64,000 nt of DNA from an uncultured Acidobacteriota bacterium (GTDB lineage: Bacteria; Acidobacteriota; Thermoanaerobaculia; Multivoradales; UBA5704), in contig CAWBWZ010000023.1 of assembly GCA_963792575.1 (NCBI GenBank), positions 1,295,487 to 1,359,486 of the forward strand, in the 5' to 3' direction. Position numbers and translations under genes: made by a program. Numbering within the stretch: position 1 is the stretch's first letter; the number at the start of each line of letters is the position of its first letter. The notes under the pieces are model-generated. The model made no database searches. It saw only the letters and a list, made by a program, of their open reading frames with translations, and was not told the origin of the DNA. Shown here one piece after another: positions 12,380 to 21,045 of this stretch.

Positions 12380-13573
12380 ATGAAGCCAGAGACGAAGATT
12401 TCCGCGTTGGCCCTGGGGCTGGCGCTGGCGGCCGGGAGCACGGCCGCTCTTTTCGCGGAGCAGCAGGTCCGCTCCTTTCAGCAGCCCTTCCCGGCGACGG
12501 GCGAGGTGCGTCTCGCCAATCTCGCCGGCCACATCGAGATCGTGCGCGGCCAGGGGCCGAACGTGGTGGTCGACGCGACCGTCCACGCCGAGGCCGGCAG
12601 CGCCGCCGAGACGCAGCGGCTGCTCCAGGGGATGCGGTGGGTGAAGGGGCACGACAAGAAGGGGCGCCCGGAGTGGGCCCTCTCCTATCCGGTGGAAAAG
12701 TACCGGTCCTACAGCTATCCCACCGAGAAGAGGGGGGAGGGGGACGACTCGGGCCTGCCGTCCTTCCTGAGCTTCCTCAGCAACATCGGCAACACCACGA
12801 CGACCTACCGTGGCGAGCGGGTGAAGATCTACTACCGGAAGAGCTCGGCGCCGACGCTCTACACGGACCTGCGGATCTCGCTGCCGGCCGGCGCCAACCT
12901 GGCGTTCAGCAACGCGGTCGGCAAGGTGCGCGGGGGGGACCTCGAGGGCACCCTGGCGATCTCGACCGGCAGCGGCGACGTGCAGGTCGCCTCGCAGTCC
13001 GGCCAGCTGGGGATCGAAACCGGCTCGGGCGACGTCGTCGTCGGCTCGGCCCGCGGCGAGACCGCGATCAGCACCGGCTCGGGGGATGTGATCGTGCGGC
13101 GCTTCGTCGGCAACGGCTCGGTGGAGACCGGCTCGGGGGACGTGGTCGTCCAGAAGGTCTCCGCCGGCAAGCTGACCCTCGACACCGGCTCGGGCGACGT
13201 CACCCTGCAGGACGGCGAGGCCGGCCGGGTGGTCGCGAAGACCGGCTCCGGCGGCGTCCGGGTGCTCTCGGTCGAGCTCGAGGATCTGATCGCGGAGACG
13301 GGATCGGGCGACGTCACGGTGCAGAGCTCGCTCGCCAGGACCCGGCGGCTGAGCGCCGAGACGGGCAGCGGCGACATCGACATCAAGGCCGGTTCGAACG
13401 CCTCGTTCAACATCGACTCCGACCAGGGGAGCGGCGATCTTAATGTGCGCTACGGCGACGCCGTCCTCCGCAAGTCCGGCCACAAGGTGGTGGGCGCCAG
13501 GCGCGGCAACGGCCGCACCGAGATCCACGTCGAGACCGGCAGCGGGGACTGCACGATCCGGCCGCAGGGGTAG
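12380..13573 (+). CDS. DUF4097-type beta-strand repeat protein, secreted
   Basis: Intact 397-aa ORF with a signal peptide and about ten TGSGD(V/I) repeats between roughly 12960 and 13540. Confidence 0.75.
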   Translation: MKPETKISALALGLALAAGSTAALFAEQQVRSFQQPFPATGEVRLANLAGHIEIVRGQGPNVVVDATVHAEAGSAAETQRLLQGMRWVKGHDKKGRPEWALSYPVEKYRSYSYPTEKRGEGDDSGLPSFLSFLSNIGNTTTTYRGERVKIYYRKSSAPTLYTDLRISLPAGANLAFSNAVGKVRGGDLEGTLAISTGSGDVQVASQSGQLGIETGSGDVVVGSARGETAISTGSGDVIVRRFVGNGSVETGSGDVVVQKVSAGKLTLDTGSGDVTLQDGEAGRVVAKTGSGGVRVLSVELEDLIAETGSGDVTVQSSLARTRRLSAETGSGDIDIKAGSNASFNIDSDQGSGDLNVRYGDAVLRKSGHKVVGARRGNGRTEIHVETGSGDCTIRPQG

Positions 13574-13580
13574 GGGAGAA

Positions 13581-13732
13581 CCCTCACCCCTGGCCCCTCT
13601 CCCGTCCCCTCCCGCCCTCCCTCACCGGGAGAGGGGAACCCCCGCCCAGAAAATCGTTTTGACTAACTTCTCCCTCTTCTCCCGGTGAGGGAGGGGGGAG
13701 GGGACGGGAGAAGAGGGCCGGGGTGATGAGGG
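13581..13732. repeat. palindromic element, family 2, copy E2
   Basis: CCCTCACCCCTGGCCCCTCTCCCGTCCCCTCCCGCCCTCCCTCACCGGGAGAGG and its inverted copy fill the whole convergent gap between the stops at 13573 and 13733. Confidence 0.85.
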
Positions 13733-15397
13733 CTACATCTTCCCGTAGTTCGGCCCGTCGCCCCCCTCGGGGGGTACCCAGGTGATGATCTGGTAGGGGT
13801 CCATGATGTCGCAGGTCTTGCAGTGCACGCAGTTGCTGGCGTTGATCTGCAGCCGGCGGCCGGCGGGGGTGGTGGGGTCCTCCACCATCTCGTAGACGGC
13901 GGCGGGGCAGAAGCGCTGGCAGGGGTTGGCGTACTCGACGGTGCAGCGCTCGACGCAGATGCTGGTGTCATGCACCAGCAGGTGGACCGGCTGATCCTCG
14001 TCGTGGGCGGTGCCGGAGTTGTAGACGTCGGCCAGGCGGTCGAAGGTGAGCTTGCCGTCGATCGCGACCGGCGCCGGCTTTTCGAGCCGCTGCCCCTCGG
14101 GAGTGTTGAGCGGGACCATCCGCTCGTGCCCCGCCTCGGTCAGCAGCCGGTCCTTGACCCCCCAGCCGCGCCCGCCGGTCACGATCCCCAGGCCCCCCTG
14201 GAGGAAGCCGCCGAGCAGGCCGTGATCGAAGGACTGGTGGAAGTTGCGCACCGGCCAGAGCTCTTCCTTGACCCAGCTGGCGTCGACCTTGGCCTGATAG
14301 GCCGCCAGCCGCTCGGCGGTGGCGCCGCCGGCCTTCAGGGCCTCGACGATCGTCTCGGCGGCCAGCATGCCGGACTTCATGCCGAGGTGGATCCCCTTCA
14401 GGCGCTGGCTGTTGAGCATGCCCGCCGAGTCGCCGACGATCAGGAAGCCGTCGCCGTGCGGGCGCGGCATCGACCACCAGCCCCCCTCGGGGATCGCCTT
14501 GGCGCCGTAGAAGGACATCTTCCCGCCTTCGAGCATTTTGGCGATCTCGGGGTGGGTCTTCAGGCGCTGGAACTCGGCGTGCGGATCGAGCAGCGGGTTC
14601 TTGTAGTCGAGCCCGACGACGAGGCCGACGATGAGCTGGTCGTTCTGCATGCCGTAGATGAAGCCGCCGCCGAAGTTGTCGAAGCCCAGCGGCCAGTTCA
14701 TGGTGTGGATCACGCTGGCCGGCTGCGACCCGGCCCGGCAGGAAGGTCCCAGACCTCCTTGAGGCCGATGGCGTAGAGCTGCGGGTTCTTCCCCTTCCAG
14801 AGCTCGAACGGCTCGGCGAGCTGCTTGACCAGGGTGCCGCGCACCCCTTCGCCGAGCACCGTGACCTGGGCGCGGATGTCGACGCCCGGCTCGTAGTTGG
14901 CCTTCTTTTCGCCGGTGCGGGAGATCCCCTTGTCGCCGGTGCGGACGCCGACCACCCGGCCGTCCTCGACCAGGGCCTGGGCGGCGGGGAACTCGAAGAA
15001 GATGTCCACCCCCTCGGCCTCGACCTTCGGTGCCATCCACTTGAGGAGCTTGCCGAGGGAGGCGACGTAGTTGCCGTGGTTGTTCATCGGCGGCGGAACG
15101 GGGATCGAGTGCGCCTTCGTGGACGTCATCCAGAGCACCTTCTCCCCCTTGATCTCGCCTTCGAAGGGGGCGGACTGTCCAGTCGTCCGGGAAGAGCTCC
15201 TTGAGGGCCCGCGGGTCGACCACGGCTCCCGAGATCGCGTGGCTGGTGATCTCCCGCCCCTTCTCAAGGACGCCGATCGAAAGCTCCAGGCCGTTCTGCT
15301 TGGCCAGCCGGGCGAGGTGGCAGGCCCCCGCCAGGCTGGCCGGCCCGGCGCCTACGAAGACGACATCCAGCTCCAGAGTTTCGCGCTCGTCGCTCAT
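13733..15397 (-). pseudogene. electron-transfer flavoprotein:ubiquinone oxidoreductase (two compensating frameshifts)
   Basis: N-terminus LDVVFVGAGPASLAGA and C-terminal 4Fe-4S region CQRFCPAAVY...CVHCKTCD. The middle segment (NHGNYVASLGKLLKWM...GVRGTL) is read only in ORF 14710..15267. Confidence 0.9.
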
Positions 15398-15494
15398 TGA
15401 TGTGATTTCCTCCCCGAGGGATGAAACAGAACCGTCACTCGCGGGGCTTGAAAGCCCATCCAGGACGGCGCCGGGATGCTACCATGGCGCTTCC

Positions 15495-16555
15495 ATGGCC
15501 GTCATGGAGACCCAACTCAAAGCAGGTCCCAAGCTCCCGGACAGCGCGGTCGCCCCCGAGAGCCCCTCCACCGAGCGGCTCCGCCTCAGCCGCGTCGGCG
15601 CGGCGCGCGTCGCCCCGACCTTCGCGGAGGACGTCCGCCGCGGTCTCACCTCGTCCCCCAAGTTTCTCTATCCCAAGTACTTCTACGACGAGCTGGGCTC
15701 GCGCCTGTTCGAGGCGATCACCGCGCTGCCGGAGTACTACCCGACGCGGGCGGAGGCCGAGATCCTGCGCACCCACGCCAGCGAGATCGTCGCCACCCTC
15801 GGCGGGCCGGTCTGGCTGCTGGAGCTGGGGAGCGGCGACGGGCAGAAGACGCGGCTGGTGATCGAGGCGCTGCTGGCCCGCCAGGGGAAGCTCGAGTACG
15901 TGCCGGTGGACATCTCCGAGTCCGCCGTCGAGACGAGCAGCCGCTCGCTGCTCTTCTCCTATCCGGAGCTCCGCATCACCGGCTATATCGGGGAATACCA
16001 GACAGCGCTCCGCAAGATCCGGGAGGACCGGCGCGCGCCCGGGCTGACGCTCGTCCTCTTCCTCGGCTCCACCCTGGGCAACCTCGACCCGGAGGAGCGG
16101 CGGCGTCCTGCTGCGCGACGTGCGGGCGCTGCTCGAACCCCGGCGAGGGCTTGCTCCTCGGGGTGGACCTCAAGAAGCCCGAGAGCGTGCTGATTCCCGC
16201 CTACGACGACGCGCTGGGGGTGACCGCGGCGTTCAACCTCAATCTCCTCGTCCGCATCAACCGCGAGCTGGGGGGGGACTTCGATCTCGGCGCCTTCCGC
16301 CACCGGGCGGTCTACAACCGCGGGAAGGCCGGATCGAGATGCACCTGGAGAGCCGCCGCGCGCAGACGGTGGCGATCCGGGAGCTGGGAATCGAGGTTCC
16401 CTTCGCCGCCGGGGAGACGATCCACACCGAGAGCTCCTACAAGTTCGACCGCGAGCAGATCGCGGCGCTGGCCGCGGAGACCGGCTTCGAGCGTGCGCAA
16501 GACATGGACCGACTCCGAGGGGCGGTTCGCGTCGAATCTGCTGGTGGCGCGGTAG
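15495..16555 (+). pseudogene. egtD: EgtD-like L-histidine N-alpha-methyltransferase (frame disrupted)
   Basis: [60 protein letters not shown] and ESSYKF. There are about 3 frame switches near 16100, 16320 and 16505. Confidence 0.8.
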
Positions 16556-16611
16556 GCCCGCCGCGGGGCTCCTTTGACAAAGGCACCGCCCCGCATAGCA
16601 TTCCCCGTCCG

Positions 16612-16689
16612 GGCCGGCGTAGCTCAGTTGGTTAGAGCGCCTGACTGTGGCTCAGGAGGTCTCCGGTTCGAATCCGGACGCCGGTACCA
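16612..16689 (+). tRNA. tRNA-His (anticodon GTG at 16647-16649), CCA encoded
   Basis: Hand-folded cloverleaf: acceptor 16613-19/16679-85, D arm GCTC/GAGC, anticodon stem CCTGA/TCAGG with loop CTGTGGC, and T arm TCCGG-TTCGAAT-CCGGA. Base -1 is G, 72 is T and 73 is A. Confidence 0.9.
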
Positions 16690-16741
16690 AGCCCCTTCTT
16701 TTTTTGACGGCAGCACCTGCAGTCCGCTGGAGGACGTTCCC

Positions 16742-18188
16742 ATGACAGAGACCGTGGAACCGCGTATCTCGCGCGGGCTGCGCGACCTCCTGCCCGCCGA
16801 CATGCTGGCGCGGCAGTGGATGATCGACACCATTCGCGGCGTCTACGAGCTCTACGGCTTCGTGCCGATCGTCACCCCCGCGATCGAATACCTCGACGTG
16901 CTGCGCGGTTCCGCCGCTGGCTCCGAGGCCCAGCAGTCGATCTTCACCGTCGCAGAACCCGGAGAGAGAGGAGCTCGGGCTCCGCTTCGACCTCACCGTC
17001 CCGCTCGCCCGGGTGATCGCCCAATATCGCGACCTGCCGCGCCCCTTCCGCCGCTACCAGGTGTCGCCGGTCTGGCGCGCCGACAAGCCGGGACAAGGGG
17101 CGCTTCCGCGAGTTCACCCAGTTCGACCTCGACTCGGTCGGGCGTCGTCTCGGAGGTCGCCGACACCGAGATCCTCGCCGGCATGTGCGACACGCCTGAA
17201 CGCCCTCAAGGTGGGGCCGTTCCGGGTGCGCTACTCCTCGCGCGGCATCCTCAACAGCCTGCTCGCCTACTGCCGGCATCCCGCCGGAGCGGGGTGCGGA
17301 CGTCTTCCGCGTGCTCGACAAGCTGGACAAGGTGGGCGCCGGAGAAGGTCCGCCTGGAGCTGACCACCGGCTACTGTCGACGCCTCGGGAGATCCGATCT
17401 CCGGCGTCGGGCTCGCCGAGGAGCAGGTGGACAAGATCGAGCGCTTCCTGAAGATCCGCGCCGACGACCGCCGCGAGGTGGTGGCCCAGCTCCGCGACCT
17501 CTTCGCCGGCGTCGAGGGGGCGGAGGCTGAGATCGCGACCGTCGAACGGATCTCCAGCCATCTCTACTCCCTGGGCTACGGCGACGACCAGGTGTCGCTC
17601 GATCTCTCGATCGCCCGCGGCCTCGCCTACTACACCGGCCCGGTGTTCGAGGCGATCCTGCTCGACGCGCCGCAGTTCGGCTCCGTCTTCGGCGGCGGCC
17701 GCTACGACGATCTGGTGATGCGCTTCCTGGGCGAGAAGGTCCCGGCGGTGGGCGCCTCGATGGGCGTCGACCGCCTGCTCGCGGCGCTGATCCACCTCGG
17801 CCGGACCGGGCACCAGAAGTCGACCGCCAAGGTGCTGATCACCAACATGGACGCCGCCCTCCAGGACGACTACGTCGCGATGACCTGGGAGCTGCGCCGG
17901 GCGGGGATTCCGACCGAGCTCTACCTCGGCACGGCGAAAGGCCCCGGCAAGCAGCTCAAGTACGCCGACGCCTGGGGCGTGCCGATCGCTCTCCTCTACG
18001 GCTCGAACGAGAAGGAGAAGGGGATCGTCACCCTCAAGGACATGGAGATGGGGCGCCAGCGCGCCGAGGCGATCGCCAACCGGCAGGACTGGCTGGAGGA
18101 GCGCCCCGGGCAGCGCGAGGTCCCCCGCGGCGAGCTGGTGGCGACGATCCGCGCCATCCTCGACCAGATCGAGGCGCAGCGGCGATGA
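16742..18188 (+). pseudogene. hisS: histidyl-tRNA synthetase (frame disrupted about 7 times in the first half)
   Basis: [59 protein letters not shown], then the intact ORF 17427..18188 (ARGLAYYTGPVFE, GGGRYD). Confidence 0.9.
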
Positions 18189-19959
18189 GCGACCCGGGGC
18201 ATCCGAGTATCGTCCTCGACGGCTCTTCGCTCAGTCTCGCGGACCTCGCCCGCCTCGCCCGCGATCCGCGGGTGCGGGTGGAGATGCATCCTGAGGCCTG
18301 GGCGCGGGTCGACGCGAGCCGCACGCAGATCGAAGGGATCGTGGCGCGCTACGTCGAGGAGTGGGAGAAGGAGGGGGGACGGCCGGTCCTGGAGTACGGC
18401 GTCACCACCGGCTTCGGCGAGTTCAAGAACGTCCCCATCGCGCCCGACTGCCTGGAGGAGCTGCAGCGCAACATCCTGCTCAGCCACTCGGTGGGCGTGG
18501 GGGAGACGGCCGACGCCGGCAATCCGGCCAACTACTTCGAGCCGGACGTGGTGCGGGCGGCGCTCGTCATCCGGCTGAATGCCTTCCTCAAGGGGCACTC
18601 TGGAATCCGCCGCGCGGTGGTGCTCGCCGTCGAGGCAATGATCAACCGGGGGATCGTGCCGCTGGTGCCCATCCGCGGCTCGGTGGGATCGAGCGGCGAC
18701 CTCTGCCCGCTCTCCCAGCTCTTCGTCGTGCTGCTGGGGGAGAGCCGCTATTACGTCGTTCGCGAGCCAGGGGATTTTGCCTCATAAAACGCGCGAGCTG
18801 CGCTGCGGCCTGGAGCATCTCAAGGAAGACCTCGGCATGGAGGTCCCCGCGCTCAGCTACAAGGACGGGCTGGCGCTCACCAACGGCGCCACCTTCTCGG
18901 CGGCGCTGCTGGCGCTGGCGGTCCACGACGGCGAGCGTCTGGCCGACACCGCGGACGGCGCCCTGTCGCTCAGCCTTGAGGCGGTCTGCGGCTGCGCCCG
19001 CGCCTTCGACGCGCGCGTCCACCAGGCGCGCGGTCTCGCCGGGCAGATCGCGACGCGCGGCGAACATCCGCGCCGGCGATCCGCGGCAGCCAGCTGATCG
19101 AGCGGGCGGGCGCGGTGCAGGACGTCTACTCCCTGCGCTGCGCTCCGGCCGTCCACGGCGCCGCGCGGGACGCCATCGCCTACGCGCGGAAGGTGGCCGA
19201 GGCGGAGATCAACGCCGCGACCGACAATCCGCTCTTCTTTCCCGGGGACGATACGCGCCCCCTGGGATCACGAGTTCCGCGCCAACTGGCCGGCGGGGTA
19301 CGACGGCGGCGAGCGGATCTCCTACTCGGCCGGCAACTTCCACGGCGAGCCGGTGGGCATGGCGGCGGACGTCCTGGCGATCGCGCTGGCCGAGCTGGCC
19401 GACATCTCCGAGCGGCGCACCCAGATGCTGCTCGACGCCACCACAACCGCAACCTCCCCGGCAACCTGATCCCGCACCGCGGGGATCAACTCGGGGCTGA
19501 TGATCATCCAGTATTGCGCCGCCGGCATCGTCTCCGAGAACAAGGTGCTGACCCATCCGGCCACGCGTCGACTCGATCCCCACCTCCGCGAACTCCGAGG
19601 ACCACAACGCCATGGCCACCATCGCCGCCCGCAAGGTGCGGACGGTGCTGCGCAACGCCCAGGCGGTCCTGGCGATCGAGCTGCTGGTGGCCGCCCAGGC
19701 CGTCGAGTGGCGGGTGGCGATGGAGATCGATCCCGCCCGGCCGCGCCCCGCCGCCTCGACCGACTGGGAGCAGGCCAACCGCGAGGCCGAGCAGTTCGAG
19801 GAACGGACGCGTCCCGAGCGGCGGCAGGAGATCGCCGAGCCGCTCGGCGAAGGCACGCGGCGGCTCTATCTCCAGGTGCGGGAAGCGGCGCCGACGATGC
19901 TGCGGGACCGGATGCTGGAGGGGGATATCCGGGCGGTGCTGGGGCTGGTTCAGGGCTGA
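18185..19959 (+). pseudogene. hutH: histidine ammonia-lyase family MIO enzyme (frame disrupted about 5 times)
   Basis: YGVTTGFGEF, LLSHSVGVG (Ser-His as in HAL), [32 protein letters not shown] and [12 protein letters not shown]. Confidence 0.8.
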
Positions 19960-20018
19960 CCAAAGGCGGCTCTTAGCGTCTGCGTTCTGGTAGGGTATTC
20001 GTCAGATGGAGGACGCCC

Positions 20019-20279
20019 ATGGAATGGAACGAGATTCGCCAAACCTACCCGCATCGCTGGCTCCTCGTGGAAGCACTGGAAGCGCACAGTCAATCCGGAA
20101 AAAGAATCCTGGAAGATTTGGCCGTGGTGGATACCTTCCCCGATGGAACGGCGGCCATGCAGGGCTACAAGCAACTGCATCATCGCGCGCCAGAGCGTGA
20201 GCTTTACGTGCTCCACACGGATCGTGAAGACCTCGACGTCGACGAAGTAACCTGGTGGGGACTCCGGGCGGCTCGGTGA
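20019..20279 (+). CDS. small conserved hypothetical protein (possibly DUF5678-like, from memory)
   Basis: Intact 86-aa ORF with the RBS GGAGGA in a locally lower-GC stretch. Its stop overlaps a GTG of the next ORF (GTGA). Confidence 0.55.
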   Translation: MEWNEIRQTYPHRWLLVEALEAHSQSGKRILEDLAVVDTFPDGTAAMQGYKQLHHRAPERELYVLHTDREDLDVDEVTWWGLRAAR

Positions 20280-20671
20280 AGATCCGCATTGAAGGCGGTC
20301 TCCTCTACGTCAGTGCCGAGTTGGTCTACCAGTCCAGGAAGCTCACCTTGAGTGAAGTCATCCTGGATACGGGATCCGCGACGACTCTCTTTTCGGCGGA
20401 TGAAGTTTTCAAGCTCGGTCTCGTTCCTGGGCCAGACGATCCGATCCAGCGTGTCCGGGGAGTTGGAGGTTCCGAGTTCGTGCTTTCGAAGCGGCTCGAC
20501 TCTCTGTCTCTCGGGGATCTGGCCGTGAGCAGCTTTCCGATCCAGATCGGAGCGATGGATTACGGGTTTCCAATTCAGGGGCTGATAGGCCTGAACTTCC
20601 TGGTTCAGGCTGGGGCGGTGATCGATCTGGCCAATCTAGAGATCATTGCCAGTCGAGGTAAACGCTCCTAG
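20255..20671 (+). CDS. retropepsin-like aspartic protease
   Basis: Intact ORF with the D-T-G-S active-site motif (ILDTGSATTLFS) and GLIGLNFL. The GTG at 20276 is a likely alternative start. Confidence 0.7.
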   Translation: MGTPGGSVKIRIEGGLLYVSAELVYQSRKLTLSEVILDTGSATTLFSADEVFKLGLVPGPDDPIQRVRGVGGSEFVLSKRLDSLSLGDLAVSSFPIQIGAMDYGFPIQGLIGLNFLVQAGAVIDLANLEIIASRGKRS

Positions 20672-20680
20672 GATCAAGCC

Positions 20681-20878
20681 ATGACCGACAGAGAACGCCT
20701 GCACGTCCTGGTAGATGCTCTCCCCGACGTAGAGGTGCCTGCGGCTCTGCGCTTTGTGGAGCAGCTCGCGAAGTCCTTGCCTCCGCTTGACGAGCCTGTA
20801 GTTGAAGACGAAGACGCCAAGCACGGGCGGATCATCTCCCACGAAGGGATGCACCGCCGAATCTTCGGCAAGGACTGA
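20681..20878 (+). CDS. small antitoxin-like protein (DUF2281-like N-terminus)
   Basis: Intact 65-aa ORF with the RERLHVLVDALPDVEVPAALRFVEQL pattern. No toxin partner is adjacent. Confidence 0.4.
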   Translation: MTDRERLHVLVDALPDVEVPAALRFVEQLAKSLPPLDEPVVEDEDAKHGRIISHEGMHRRIFGKD

Positions 20879-20891
20879 GGTTCGTCGTTCA

Positions 20892-21043
20892 GCAGGACCC
20901 ATGGGTCGGGGCTGTTGACCTGCGGATTGCGGCGCAGGACCTATGGGGCAAGGTTGCTGACCCACTAATTACGACGCAGGACCCGTGGGTCGGAGTCGTT
21001 GACCCGTGGGTCGCGGAGCCGGGACCTTGGGTCGCTGTCCTGA
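20892..21043. repeat. 3.5 tandem copies of a 42-bp unit carrying GGACCC(A/G)TGGGTC palindromes
   Basis: Units begin at 20892, 20934 and 20976, with a partial unit at 21018. They lie in the convergent gap between the stops at 20878 and 21046. Confidence 0.85.
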
Positions 21044-21045
21044 AT

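Noticed and set aside
16690-16741. A T-box or other riboswitch between tRNA-His and hisS.
   Set aside because: The gap is only 52 nt and holds a T-run plus the hisS RBS (GGAGGA). That is far too short for a T-box leader.
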